DNA of 64,000 bases. Origin: Candidatus Latescibacterota bacterium (GTDB taxonomy: Bacteria; Latescibacterota; CBDEFO01). Positions within the stretch are counted from its first letter, which is position 1. Every line of letters begins with the position of its first letter. This document shows, piece by piece, positions 50,899-62,034 of the stretch. The notes under the pieces are model-generated. The model had not been told where the DNA came from. It worked only from the letters and a program-made list of their open reading frames with translations, and made no database searches. The stretch covers positions 256,001 through 320,000 of the forward strand of contig CBDEFO010000006.1 of NCBI GenBank assembly GCA_965237525.1, read 5' to 3'. Both the position numbers and the translations under genes were made by a program.

Positions 50899-52200
50899 GG
50901 TTATTTATCAAATGAAATCGGTGCACTTCTCTTTCGATCTTTGATTGATCTTGAATGATAGGTTTTCGACAATCTTTGGTTTCTGTTCTTTTTCAAAATG
51001 GATGTATAATTGTTCTTCTTTTAGGTTCCATTCAGCCAGGACAAAGTAGTTGGTGTAAGAGGAGGGAAGAGATACTTTCTCATTTAGGACATCGATAAAG
51101 GCTTTATCTGTCTGTTCTGTGTCCTGTTTGACTTGTCTGATAAAATAGGTCTTGGGAATGAAATCTTTCTCGTTTGACTTCTCTTGCTTAGGTGGACGGT
51201 AGCCGGTGTATCTCTGTGATGAAAGATTAAACCATTCTAACTTCTGATCAACTTCTTGTAAGCTTTTGAACTGAATTCTGTTCCAGAACTTCCTTGAAAA
51301 TACAGAATTGTTGCCTTCTATAGATGCTTGAGAAAAGGGCCTTCTGGGAACGGCAAATATCGGAATCACTTGATTTTTCAAGAGAAACTGCATTGCTTTG
51401 CTGACATTCCTTTTACCTGAAACACTGCCAATAGTCGCCGAGCAATTGTCCACCTTAACGAAATCTGGTTTTTCAAACCTGTCAAAGAAAGACTGACACT
51501 TCTCGATAAAGTTAGTTGCTGTTTGACCGTCAACCCGCCGAAAATACCTTAACTTAGGCTCTTTCTTAAAGGAAAATCCAACGAAGTTGACCGGCTCAGT
51601 TCTGCCGGTAAGATACTTTTTACCAATAAAGTCTGATTCTAGGACTCTGCCTCCTGAAAGATAGTAAATGGTATACTCTGGATAACAAAGATAACGAGAT
51701 GCACCCTTGTTTTTACCTTTCTTCCTTCTCTGGGAAAGTCCTAAATCTGAAAGCATTCTGCCGATAGTCGGCAACGACGGAGGAGGGGTGCTAGAATATC
51801 GATTCCTCCATTCTTGTTCAATAACAGTGGCTCCTGAATAGAACTGATAAGGATCGTCCTCTAAGCTATGGTAAATCTCTTTGATTCTCTGTTCGTCAAC
51901 TTTAGCCAATTTTCGCCTTTTTCCTTTTGGCCAACCCCGATTATCCATGGCAAAATCCTGATCCAGAGATTTAGTCCAAGCCGTAACGAAATCATTGGAA
52001 ACTCTCGCTTGTTTGATAACTTCTCGCTTTGACATTTCTTTCTTAAAATACATCTCGTTGACTTCTTGTCTTAATACGGCCAATCTCTCTTTGTCCATAG
52101 GACTCCGTAGATTAAAGTTAAGACAATCAACTCAACTTAATCTACTAATACTCTAAACAAAGATCAAATTAGGTGCACCGATTTCATTTGATATTCAACC
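50899..52200 (-). mobile_element. Insertion sequence (DDE transposase, IS481/ISNCY-like)
   Basis: 28-bp imperfect TIRs at 50899-50926 and 52173-52200 (inner 21 bp perfect); 6-bp TSD cctact/tctact; empty-site paralog tactacctactgtttac at ~63931-63947. Confidence 0.85.
50908..52098 (-). CDS. DDE-type transposase
   Basis: N-terminal HTH-like region; D (ESDF), D (VDN), E (SIEGNN) triad; stop codon inside the TIR. Confidence 0.8.
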   Translation of the reverse strand: MDKERLAVLRQEVNEMYFKKEMSKREVIKQARVSNDFVTAWTKSLDQDFAMDNRGWPKGKRRKLAKVDEQRIKEIYHSLEDDPYQFYSGATVIEQEWRNRYSSTPPPSLPTIGRMLSDLGLSQRRKKGKNKGASRYLCYPEYTIYYLSGGRVLESDFIGKKYLTGRTEPVNFVGFSFKKEPKLRYFRRVDGQTATNFIEKCQSFFDRFEKPDFVKVDNCSATIGSVSGKRNVSKAMQFLLKNQVIPIFAVPRRPFSQASIEGNNSVFSRKFWNRIQFKSLQEVDQKLEWFNLSSQRYTGYRPPKQEKSNEKDFIPKTYFIRQVKQDTEQTDKAFIDVLNEKVSLPSSYTNYFVLAEWNLKEEQLYIHFEKEQKPKIVENLSFKINQRSKEKCTDFI

Positions 52201-52216
52201 TCTACTGTTTACTTAT

Positions 52217-54016
52217 TTATGATGTGGCATCTGCCATCTTCTCTTCGCCGAGTTTAGCTATGGCGTTGTCTATGACCCTGAGGTTGCGGGCTGCCTCGCT
52301 GTAGTTAGTATCAATGCTAAGAGCAGTCTGATACGCCATCTGGGCGGATTCTAAATGCCCGAGTTTCGCATAGCAGGAACCCATGTTGGACATAGTGACT
52401 TTGTCTGCAGGATCTTTTTTGATGCATTCTTTATATAATTCAATAGCTTTCTCGAACTTTCCGAGTTTGATGCAAATATCGCCAGCATCTTTGTAAACTT
52501 CAGCACTTTCGGGCTTCAGAGGAACTAATTTATCAATCTCTTCTAAAGCCTCCTGGTGTGCCCCTTGGGAAAATTTCAGCTTCATAAGATTGAAATGAGC
52601 CCGTTCGTGATAGGGATTAAGCTCAAGCGCCTTTGAAAATTTCAAATCTGCATCCTCCTTTTGGCCTTTCATAAGGAGAGCGTATCCCCAACCGTTATAG
52701 GCATCGGAATTATCGGGATTCATCTCTAAAGCTTCTTCGTACTGTTTTATTGCCTCATCGAATCTGTTCTCCCTTATGTACAAATCTCCAAGCTGTACAA
52801 AGACAAAATCGTCAGCTATTCCAGCTACGAAAGCGCTTTCAAGCACACGCTGGCCGTCAGATAATTCCCCCGTCTCAATATAACAGAAAGCAAGAGTTTT
52901 GTAGAGGTCGAGATGCTGATCGTCCTGGGAAATAGCGTTTTTCAAATGATCTATAGCCTTTTCGTAGTCTCCCAAAAGCCGGTAGCATTCACCTATGCAG
53001 TGCCGGACAATGTTCTGGTATGACCACGTGTCCATATCCAAGTTTGGACTTTCTTTTGCCCTTTCCCTCTCCTCAAGGAATCTTTGGTACGCATTTACAG
53101 CATCGGCGTAGCGTTTCTTCTTGAAATAGATCCCCCCGAGGGTAAATAGTATATCGAGGTTTCCAGGGTTATGCGCCAGACCTTCTTGGCACAGTTTCTC
53201 CCCTTCGTGCAAGCGTCCACTCATAAGGCAGTGGTGGGCTGTGTCGTAGAGAAGCATAAGATAAGTTCCTGGATCCTCCTCATAGTTCTTAATAGAAAGC
53301 TTGTCTGTATCCTGGATAGTAGTTTCTCCCCGACAGCTATTCTGGCTGCTATGTTCTCTTTGCAAAAACCAAAGATTTGGAACATCTAAGTGAAAACTTA
53401 TATTTTTTAAATATTCTTTTGCTTCATCTAAATTGTTGAGTTCCATACCTTTAAACTCATCAAAACAGCAAAACCCTTTTTCAAAAAATAGATTCAACAA
53501 TTTATGGTGATCATGCTTCCTAGAAGCATAAAGATAGAACTCAACATATAAACACCTAGTAAAATCCAATGCAGTTTCCAAATCTTCGTAAAGTAACAAT
53601 TCTGATCCCTCAATGTCGATCTTCATAAAATCCACAGAATTAAAATGGTATTTCCTCAATAAATTTATCAATGTGTCAGTTTGCACTTTCTCTGTTGGCA
53701 GCTTACTATCAAAACTTGGAACCACGCCTGGCATAATTGCATTGACTGTTCCTACGCTGTTTATCCTTATATTAACCATACCCTTTTTATCTGAAACAGC
53801 CTTATTTTCTAGTATGACATTACTGAACCCTTCCATGGTCTTCTGTAAAATAGCAAAATTTTGACTCGATGGCTCGACGGCTAAAATCTTAGCCTGTGGG
53901 TTCTTCTGTAAGCAGTATGAAGAGACTTCCCCATGATGAGCGCCCAGATCAACAACATAATTAAATTTTATATTATGATCTTCAAAGAATCCTAAATTTT
54001 TTATGATGCGTATCAT
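52217..54016 (-). CDS. FkbM-family methyltransferase fused to TPR repeats
   Basis: VDLGAHHG, AVEPS, FMKIDIEGSE; TPR region homologous to the neighbouring GT2-TPR genes. Confidence 0.88.
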   Translation of the reverse strand: MIRIIKNLGFFEDHNIKFNYVVDLGAHHGEVSSYCLQKNPQAKILAVEPSSQNFAILQKTMEGFSNVILENKAVSDKKGMVNIRINSVGTVNAIMPGVVPSFDSKLPTEKVQTDTLINLLRKYHFNSVDFMKIDIEGSELLLYEDLETALDFTRCLYVEFYLYASRKHDHHKLLNLFFEKGFCCFDEFKGMELNNLDEAKEYLKNISFHLDVPNLWFLQREHSSQNSCRGETTIQDTDKLSIKNYEEDPGTYLMLLYDTAHHCLMSGRLHEGEKLCQEGLAHNPGNLDILFTLGGIYFKKKRYADAVNAYQRFLEERERAKESPNLDMDTWSYQNIVRHCIGECYRLLGDYEKAIDHLKNAISQDDQHLDLYKTLAFCYIETGELSDGQRVLESAFVAGIADDFVFVQLGDLYIRENRFDEAIKQYEEALEMNPDNSDAYNGWGYALLMKGQKEDADLKFSKALELNPYHERAHFNLMKLKFSQGAHQEALEEIDKLVPLKPESAEVYKDAGDICIKLGKFEKAIELYKECIKKDPADKVTMSNMGSCYAKLGHLESAQMAYQTALSIDTNYSEAARNLRVIDNAIAKLGEEKMADATS

Positions 54017-54094
54017 CCCAGTTACCTTTATGAAAGGCAAAGTTAAAGGCGAACCCACAAACACCTTAGCCTCTATATTATTGTGTTGACCTAT

Positions 54095-56041
54095 CTACGA
54101 GGTGGCACTGACCATATTCTGTTCACCGGTTTCGTGTTTGGCTATCATGTTTTCAACCACTTTGAGGTTCCGGGAAGCCTCGCTGTAGTTAGGATCAATG
54201 CTGAGAGCAGTCTGATACGCCATCTGGGCGGATTCTAAATGCCCAAGTTTCGCGTAGCAGGAGGCAACATTGGACATAGTACCTTTGTCTGCAGGATTGC
54301 GTCTTATGCATTCTTCGTACAGATCAATAGCTTTCTCGAACTTTCCGAGTTTGATGCAGATATCTCCAGCATCTTTGTAAACTTCAGCACTTTCGGGCTT
54401 CAGAGACACTAATTTATCAATCTCTTCTAAAGCCTCCTGGTGTGCCCCTTGCGAAAATTTCAGCTTCATAAGATTGAAATGAGCCCGTTCGTGGTTGGGA
54501 TTAAGCTCAAGTGCCTTTGAAAATTTCAAATCTGCACCCTCCTTTTGGCCTTTCATAAGGAGAGCGTATCCCCAACCGTTATAGGCATCGGAATTATCAG
54601 GATTTATCTCTAAAGCTTCTTCGTACTGTTTTATTGCCTCATCAAGTCTGTTCTGCCTTATGCACAAGTCTCCGAGCTTTACAAAGGTGAAATCGTCGGC
54701 TATTCCAACTTCAACTGCCCTCTCAAGGGTACACCGGGCGCCAGGTAATTCGCCCGTCAGAATATAACAGAGAGCAAGATTTTTGTAGAGGTCGAGATGC
54801 TGGTTGTCCTCTGTTATAGCGTTGTTCAGATAATCTATAGCCTTTTCGTAGTCTCCCAAAAGCCGGTAGCATTCACTGATGTTGTTGCTGATAGCGCTCT
54901 TCATTGACCTTGTATCCATAACATAAGCCTTGAAATTTGGATCGTTTTCGATTATTTCTCTCTGCTTAAGGAATTCTTGGTAGGTACTTATAGCGTCGCT
55001 GTAACGTTTCTTATTAAAATAGATATCTCCAAGGACAAATAGCAGATTGAGACTTTGAGGGTTGTATCTTAAACCTTCTTGGCACAGTCTCTCGCCTTCG
55101 TCCAAGCGTCTACTCATAAGACAGCAGTAGGCTGTGCTCAAGAGGAGCAGAAGATAGGTTTCGCGGTCCTCCTCATAGGGTTTGAAAGAAAGAGCGCGAA
55201 TTCCATTTTCGACGGCTCTGTCAAATTCTCCTTTGTCGCGCAAGATTTGATTCAGGTTGAACCAGGCTAAGGTGTTGTTAGGATCCTCTTCTATCTGCCT
55301 TTCGAGGCTTTCAAAGCTGCTGTGATAGCTCTTTTTGCTGTGTTTTCTCTGGAGAAACCAAAGATTTGAGATCGATTCTTTATTTATCCATGCTTCGTAC
55401 AAATATTCCTTAGCTACATCTAAACTTTTTAACTCTGTCCCCCATAGATCAAAACACTTAAAATCTTCCCTAAACAGTAGTCCCATTAATCTATGATCAC
55501 CATCAAGGGTCTTTAAAGAGCCGAGTTCAATAAAGATTAATTTGATGATTGAAGAATCCTTCTCTAAACTTTCATAGAGCAAGGGTTCAACTCCCTCAAT
55601 ATCAACCTTCATGAAATCAACATAATCAAAATTATATCGTCTCAACAGATTTGAAAGTGTATCGCTTTTGACCTTTTCGGTTCTCAAATTTTCTTTTCGG
55701 AAGGGCTTCAACCACGGGTGATAACGCCACCGCTTTTTTTCATCTAAAACAATCGTATTTTCGCCACCTCTATCTAAGGTCATATCGACAACACCTGCTC
55801 TATCCGATATGGCCTCATTTACCAAAATGATGTTTTTAGTTAAGAGGTTCTGCTTTTCAACATTCTCCTTGAGGATAGCAAAACTTTGACTCGATCCTTC
55901 AACAGCCAGAATCCTTGCCGAAGGATTACTTTGGGCAAAGTATATAGCTGCTCCACCGTGATGAGCCCCGAGATCAACCACAGAATTAAGTTCTATCTTA
56001 TGATCTTCAAAGAATCCTAAATTTCTTATGCTATCGTTCAT
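54095..56041 (-). CDS. FkbM-family methyltransferase fused to TPR repeats
   Basis: VDLGAHHG, FMKVDIEGVE; shared TPR scaffold. Confidence 0.88.
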   Translation of the reverse strand: MNDSIRNLGFFEDHKIELNSVVDLGAHHGGAAIYFAQSNPSARILAVEGSSQSFAILKENVEKQNLLTKNIILVNEAISDRAGVVDMTLDRGGENTIVLDEKKRWRYHPWLKPFRKENLRTEKVKSDTLSNLLRRYNFDYVDFMKVDIEGVEPLLYESLEKDSSIIKLIFIELGSLKTLDGDHRLMGLLFREDFKCFDLWGTELKSLDVAKEYLYEAWINKESISNLWFLQRKHSKKSYHSSFESLERQIEEDPNNTLAWFNLNQILRDKGEFDRAVENGIRALSFKPYEEDRETYLLLLLSTAYCCLMSRRLDEGERLCQEGLRYNPQSLNLLFVLGDIYFNKKRYSDAISTYQEFLKQREIIENDPNFKAYVMDTRSMKSAISNNISECYRLLGDYEKAIDYLNNAITEDNQHLDLYKNLALCYILTGELPGARCTLERAVEVGIADDFTFVKLGDLCIRQNRLDEAIKQYEEALEINPDNSDAYNGWGYALLMKGQKEGADLKFSKALELNPNHERAHFNLMKLKFSQGAHQEALEEIDKLVSLKPESAEVYKDAGDICIKLGKFEKAIDLYEECIRRNPADKGTMSNVASCYAKLGHLESAQMAYQTALSIDPNYSEASRNLKVVENMIAKHETGEQNMVSATS

Positions 56042-56123
56042 CCGAGTTACTTTCCTGATAAGGGCACAGTCTTTTTGTTCTTCCTGTTATGAGTTTTCGT
56101 ACGCTATCCTATCGACCTATATA

Positions 56124-58086
56124 CTACGATGCAGCATCAACTGTCTTCCGTTCACCGGTTCCGTGTTTGGCTATCATGTTTCCAACTAGTTTGAGGTTGC
56201 GGGCTGCCTCGCTGTAGTTAGGATCAATGATGAGAGCAGTCTGATACGCCATCTGGGCGGATTCTAAATGCCCAAGTTTCGCGTAGCAGGAGGCAACATT
56301 GGACATAGTAACTTTGTCTGTAGGATCTTGTCTGATGCATTCTTCGTGCAGTTCAATAGCTTTCTCGTACTTTCCAAGCCTGACGCAGATGTTTCCAGAT
56401 TCTCTGTATATTTCAGCGCTTTTGGGTTCCAACGACACTAACTTATCAATCTGTTCCAGTGTCTCCTGGTGTGCCCCCTGGGCGAACTTCAGCTTCACAA
56501 GATTGAAACGAGCCCGTTCGTGGTTGGGATTAAGCTCAAGTACCTTTGAAAATTTCAGATCTGCATCCTCCTTTTGGCCTTTCATAAGGAGGGCGTATCC
56601 CCAACCGTTATAGGCATCGGAATTAGCAGGATTTATCTCTAAAGCTTCTTCGTACTGTTTTATTGCCTCATCGATTCTGTTCTCCCCTATGTACAAATCT
56701 CCAAGCTTCACAAAGACAAAATCGTCAGCTATTCCAACTTCAGCTACTCTCTCAAGCGTACGCTGGGCGGAAGATAATTCCCCCGTCTCAATATAACAGA
56801 ATGCAAGACCTTTGTAGAGGTCGAGATGCTGATCGTCCTCGACAATAGCGTTTTCCAGATGATCTATAGCCTTTTCGTAGTCTCCCAAAAGTCGGTAGCA
56901 CGCACCGATGTTCTTCTTGGCAATTCCCTGGAATGACCATGTAATGACAACATGGGCGTCAAAATTTGGCCTTTTTTCCGCTATTTCTCTCTGCTTGAGG
57001 AATTCTCGATACGTATTTATAGCGTCCTCATATCGTTTCTTCTTGACATAGATACCAGCAAGGATGAATATCACATCAAGGTTTTCAGGATTATGCTTTA
57101 AGCCCTCTTGGCACAGTTTCTCACCTTCATCCAAGCGTCCACTCGTAACGCAACACTGAACTGTTTCGTAAAGGAGCATAAGATACGTTACTGGGTCCGC
57201 TTCATAGGGTTCAAGAGAAAGAGCGTGCTTTCCATTTTCGACAGCTGTGTCGAATTCTCCTTTGTCGCGCAAGATTAGATTGAGGTTGTACCAAGCAAAC
57301 GTGTTGTTGGGATCTACTTCTATCTGATTTTCGAAGCTCTCAAGGCGTCTAGCCAGGAACTCTTCTTCGTCTATGAAGATCATGCAATCTGATAGGATTA
57401 GTTGATTTTGAGAAGCAGTATTAGCATGCTTTTTCTGTAAGAACCAAAGGTCGATACCTTCTCTAATGTCATATTTTTCACCAAAATATTTTTGGGCTTC
57501 CTTAAGGGTTGTTAATTCTTCGCCAAAGTCCTTAAAACATAAAAAACCTTTTTCGAAAAATAGCTGAAAAATAGCTTTCTTTTGTATTACCATAGTTAAA
57601 TTCGATAAATAACGATTTAATATCCGATGCATGCTTTTTTAAGCTTTCATAAAGTAATGGTTCAGCTCCCTCAATATCGATCTTCATGAAATCAACATAA
57701 TCAAAGTTATACTGACTCAACAAATTTGAGAGTGTATCTGCTTGAACCCTCTCTGTTTGCGCTTTATATTCAAGCCCCAAATTTCTTTCATCCAAAATGA
57801 TAGTGTTGTATAATCTGCCAATAGACAGTTCAATAGTTTCTACTCTATCTGAAACAAGCTTATTTACTAAGATGATATTGTTACAGCCAGATCTCTGAAT
57901 ATTCTTCTGAAGAACGGAAAAGTATTGACTTGATCCTTCGATCGCCAAAATTCTCGCTTTGGGTTTTCTTTGAGCACAGTAAAGAGTTATTTTGCCAATA
58001 TGGGCTCCAATATGAACAACTGACCTGAGTTCTATTTTGTGTTTTGCAAGAAATTTCTCAATACTATGACACTCTTCCAATATCAT
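56124..58086 (-). pseudogene. FkbM-TPR gene with a frameshift at ~57575-57590
   Basis: VHIGAHIG and FMKIDIEGAE in 57532-58086; continuation LFFEKGF..LWFLQ plus TPRs in 56124-57632. Confidence 0.8.
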
Positions 58087-58195
58087 CCACCTGTCTAGGT
58101 TTTTCCCAACAACAATTCAACAGCGTTGCCTCGGCATCAATCACTAGAATCAAACCCCACAAGTTGAACGAGCTCCGCTCCAATAGCTTAACTGG

Positions 58196-59995
58196 CTACG
58201 AGGCGGCGTCTACCATCTTCTCTTCGCCAACTTTAGCTATGGCGTTGTCAATGATGCTGAGGTTGCGGGCTGCCTCGGCGTAGTTAGGATCAATGCTAAG
58301 AGCAGTCTGATACGCCATCTGGGCGGATTCTAAATGCCCAAGTTTTGCGTAGCAGGAACCCATGTTGCACATAGTGACTTTGTCTGCAGGAGCTTTTTTG
58401 ATGCATTCTTTGTATAATTCAATAGCTTTCTCGTAATTTCCAAGTTTGATGCAGATATCTCCAGCATCTCGGTAAATCTGACCACTTTCGGGCTTCAGAG
58501 ACACTAATTTATCAATCTCTTCTAAAGCCTTCTGGTGTGCCCCTTGGGAAAATTTCAGCTTCACAAGATTGAAATGAGCCCGTTCGTGATAGGGATTAAG
58601 CTCAAGAGCCTTTGAAAATTTCAAATCTGCATCCTCCTTTTGGCCTTTCATAAGGAGAGCATATCCCCAACCGTTATAGGCATCGGAATTATCGGGATTT
58701 ATCTTTATGGCTTTTTCGTACTGTTTTATTGCCTCATTGAATCTATTTTCTCTTCTGTACAAATCTCCAAGCTTAACAAATGTGAAATCATCCGCTATTC
58801 CAACTTCTACAGCTCTTTTGAGCACAAGTTGAGCGTTCAGAAAGTCGCCTATCTCAATGTAACAAAGGAAAAGGCTCTTGTAGAGGTTCAGATGTTGGTC
58901 ATCCTGGGTAATAGCGCTCTCCAAACAATCTATAGCCTTGTCGTAGTCTCCCAGTAGTCGGTAGCACAGACCGCTGTTATTCCTGACAATGCTGCCGTAT
59001 GACCACGTGTCCACCACATTGGCGTCGAGGTTTGGCCTTTTTTCTGCTATTTCTCTCTGCCTGAGGAATTCCTCGTGGGCTTGTATAGCTTCGTCATAGC
59101 GTTCTTGCTTAAAATAGATGCCTCCAAGAGTGAAAAGTAAATTGAGGTTTTCAGGGTTATGCCTTAAACCTTCGTGGCATAGTTTCTCACCTTCGTCCAA
59201 GTGTTCGGTCTTAAGGCAGCAGTAGGCTGTGTCATAAAGGAGCGTAAGATAGGTTGCTGTATCCTCTTCGTAGCGTTTAAGAGAAAGAGCGTGCTTCCCA
59301 TTTTTGACAGCCTTGGCAAACTCTCCTTTGCTGCGGTAGATTCGATTAAGGTTGCACCAGGCAAAAGTGTTCTTTGGATCTTCTTCTATCTGCCTTAAAA
59401 GGAGCTCTTTGTTCCTTTTGTCTTTAGCCGCCATCTTCTCTTTGGACAGATTGTAGCCGTAGTGGTATATGCGTATCTCCGCATGAACGATGGGTCCTTC
59501 TACTATGATCTGTTCGTGGACTATGCCTTCGTACCGAGCTACCCCTCTCCTGAAGAGCCTCTTGTAATAGAACTTGGAAAGGCCATTCGGCATGTGATTG
59601 TATATGGCGATCAACACCCCGTTGTAGAGGTCGGACTTGATCGCTTCCCTCAGAAGAGGCATATCCTCCTGTTCAAGTACCTCGTCTGCATCTATCTGCA
59701 GTATCCAGTCGCAGGTGGCATACGAAAGAGTACAGTTTCTGGCCTCTGTGAAGTTGTCGTTCCAGGCGTGACGATAGACCTTAGCTCCAAAACTTTCAGC
59801 TATCTCCACCGTGCGGTCGGTCGAGCCGGTATCTACGACTACTATCTCGTCCACAGCATCCCTGATGCTATCCAGGCATCCGGGCAAAAACTCCTCTTCG
59901 TTTCTGACGATCATACAGGCCGATAGAGTCGCCCCAAAGGATGATGAGGACTCGTTCTCTTTCCCTATCTTCTGAATCGGCTTTAGTTGCTTCAT
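58196..59995 (-). CDS. GT2 glycosyltransferase with TPR repeats
   Basis: LSACMIVRNEE, VDTGSTD, IDADE; TPRs. Confidence 0.92.
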   Translation of the reverse strand: MKQLKPIQKIGKENESSSSFGATLSACMIVRNEEEFLPGCLDSIRDAVDEIVVVDTGSTDRTVEIAESFGAKVYRHAWNDNFTEARNCTLSYATCDWILQIDADEVLEQEDMPLLREAIKSDLYNGVLIAIYNHMPNGLSKFYYKRLFRRGVARYEGIVHEQIIVEGPIVHAEIRIYHYGYNLSKEKMAAKDKRNKELLLRQIEEDPKNTFAWCNLNRIYRSKGEFAKAVKNGKHALSLKRYEEDTATYLTLLYDTAYCCLKTEHLDEGEKLCHEGLRHNPENLNLLFTLGGIYFKQERYDEAIQAHEEFLRQREIAEKRPNLDANVVDTWSYGSIVRNNSGLCYRLLGDYDKAIDCLESAITQDDQHLNLYKSLFLCYIEIGDFLNAQLVLKRAVEVGIADDFTFVKLGDLYRRENRFNEAIKQYEKAIKINPDNSDAYNGWGYALLMKGQKEDADLKFSKALELNPYHERAHFNLVKLKFSQGAHQKALEEIDKLVSLKPESGQIYRDAGDICIKLGNYEKAIELYKECIKKAPADKVTMCNMGSCYAKLGHLESAQMAYQTALSIDPNYAEAARNLSIIDNAIAKVGEEKMVDAAS

Positions 59996-60107
59996 CTTTT
60001 CTATCTTTCCACTTGTTCTCTGAATTACGACTCTAGCAGAGTCGATACGTCAGACAGCTTATATGGAGCGGAGGATACCCTGTCGACTTCGTTACGTAGT
60101 GACTTAT

Positions 60108-61916
60108 TTACTGTCTTGAGTCAGCCATATTCTGTTCGCCGATTCCGTATTTAGCTATGATGTCTTCAATTACTTTGAGGTTGCGGGCTGCCTCAGCGTA
60201 GTTAGGATCAAGCTTGAGGGCAGTCTGATACGCAATCTGCGCCGATTCTAAATGCCCAAGCCTTGCGTAGCAGCTAGCTATGTTGGACATCGTGACTTTG
60301 TCTGTAGGATCTCTCCGGATGCATTCTTCGTATAAGTCGATAGCTTTCTCATAGTTTTCGAGCCTGACGCAGATGTTGCTAGTCTCTCTGTAAACTTCAG
60401 CACTTTCGGGACCTAAAGAGACTAACTTGTCAATCTCTTCCAAAGCCTCCTGGTCCACCCCTTGGTGGAGTTTCAGCTTCACAAGATTCAGACGTGCCCA
60501 CTCGTGACGGGGGTCAAGCTCAAGTGCCTTTTTAAATTTTGAATCAGCACTCTCTGTTTCACCTTTCGTAAGGTGGATATATCCCCAACTGTTATAAGCG
60601 TCGGGATTATCAGGATTCATCTTTATGGCTGTTTCGTACCGTTTCATTGCCTCATCGAATCCGTTCTCCCTTTGGTGCAAATCTCCAAGCTTTACAAAGG
60701 TCAGATCGTCAGCTATTCCAGCTTCAACTGCACGCTCGAGAGTACTGCTGGCCCTGAGGAAATCCTCCGTCTCAAGGTAACACAGAGAAAGGCTCTTGTA
60801 GAAGTTGAGACACTGGTTGTCCTGCGTAATAACGTTCTTCAGATAATCTATAGCCTTTTGGTAATCTCCCAAAAGCCGGTAGCACAGACCGATGTTATTC
60901 TTGACAATTCCCTGGAATGACCACGCGTCCACAATTGGGGCGTCGAGGTTTAGAGGACTTTTTTCCGCTATTTCTCTCTGCCTGAGGAACTCCCGGTACA
61001 TATTTATAGCGTCGTCGTAGCGCTTTTGCTTAAAATAGATGCCTCCAAGGGTGTATAGCAGATCCAGGTTTTCAGGGCTATACTTTAAACCTTCTTGGCA
61101 CAGTTTCTCACCTTCGTCCAAGCGTTCACTCATAAGGCAGGAGTAGGCCGTGTCATAAAGGAGCATAAGATAAGTTGATGTACCTTCTTCGTAGCTTTTA
61201 AGAGAAAGAGCGTGCATTCCATTTTTGACAACCGTATCAAACTCTCCTTTGCTGCGGTAGATTCGATTCAAGTTGTACCACGCAAAGATCTTGTTGGGAT
61301 CTTCTTCTATCTGCCTCAAAAGGAGCTCTTTGTTCCTTTCGTATTTGTCCGCCATCTCCTCTTTGGAAAAATTGTAGCCGTAATGATAGATGCATATCTC
61401 CGCATGAACGATGCCTCCTTCGATTATGATCTGTTCGTGGACTATGCCTTCGTAGCGAGCTACCCCTCTCCTGTAGAGCCTCTCGTAATAGAACTTGGAA
61501 AGGCCCTTTGGCGTGTGATTGTATATGGCGATGAAGACTCCGTTGTAGAGGTCCGAATTGATCGTCCTCCTCAAAAGAGAAATATCTTCTTGTTCAAGTT
61601 CCTCGTCTGCATCTATCTGCAGTATCCAGTCGCAGGTGGCATACGAAAGAGAGTGATTTCTGGCCTCTGAAAAGTCATCGTTCCAAGGGTGATGATAGAC
61701 TTTAGCTTTATAGCTTTCGGCTATCTCGACCGTGCGGTCGGTCGAGCCGGTATCTACGACTACTATCTCATCCACAGCATTTTTTATGCTCTCAAGGCAT
61801 CTGGGCAAGAACTCCTCTTCGTTTTTAACGATCATACAGGCCGATAGAGTTGCCTCAAGGGGTGATGAAGACTCGTTCTTCTTTCCTATCCTCTCAATCG
61901 GCTTTGGTTTTTGCAT
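60108..61916 (-). CDS. GT2 glycosyltransferase with TPR repeats
   Basis: LSACMIVKNEE, VDTGSTD, IDADE; TPRs. Confidence 0.92.
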   Translation of the reverse strand: MQKPKPIERIGKKNESSSPLEATLSACMIVKNEEEFLPRCLESIKNAVDEIVVVDTGSTDRTVEIAESYKAKVYHHPWNDDFSEARNHSLSYATCDWILQIDADEELEQEDISLLRRTINSDLYNGVFIAIYNHTPKGLSKFYYERLYRRGVARYEGIVHEQIIIEGGIVHAEICIYHYGYNFSKEEMADKYERNKELLLRQIEEDPNKIFAWYNLNRIYRSKGEFDTVVKNGMHALSLKSYEEGTSTYLMLLYDTAYSCLMSERLDEGEKLCQEGLKYSPENLDLLYTLGGIYFKQKRYDDAINMYREFLRQREIAEKSPLNLDAPIVDAWSFQGIVKNNIGLCYRLLGDYQKAIDYLKNVITQDNQCLNFYKSLSLCYLETEDFLRASSTLERAVEAGIADDLTFVKLGDLHQRENGFDEAMKRYETAIKMNPDNPDAYNSWGYIHLTKGETESADSKFKKALELDPRHEWARLNLVKLKLHQGVDQEALEEIDKLVSLGPESAEVYRETSNICVRLENYEKAIDLYEECIRRDPTDKVTMSNIASCYARLGHLESAQIAYQTALKLDPNYAEAARNLKVIEDIIAKYGIGEQNMADSRQ

Positions 61917-62034
61917 GTTTCTTATCTTCCTGCTTGTTTATGTACTACGGCTCTATTTAAGTCGATTCCTAATACGGCAAACAGTGGCCAGCATACAGGG
62001 ATCGCAGAGATGTTCCCGTTTACTGTCTACCTTT

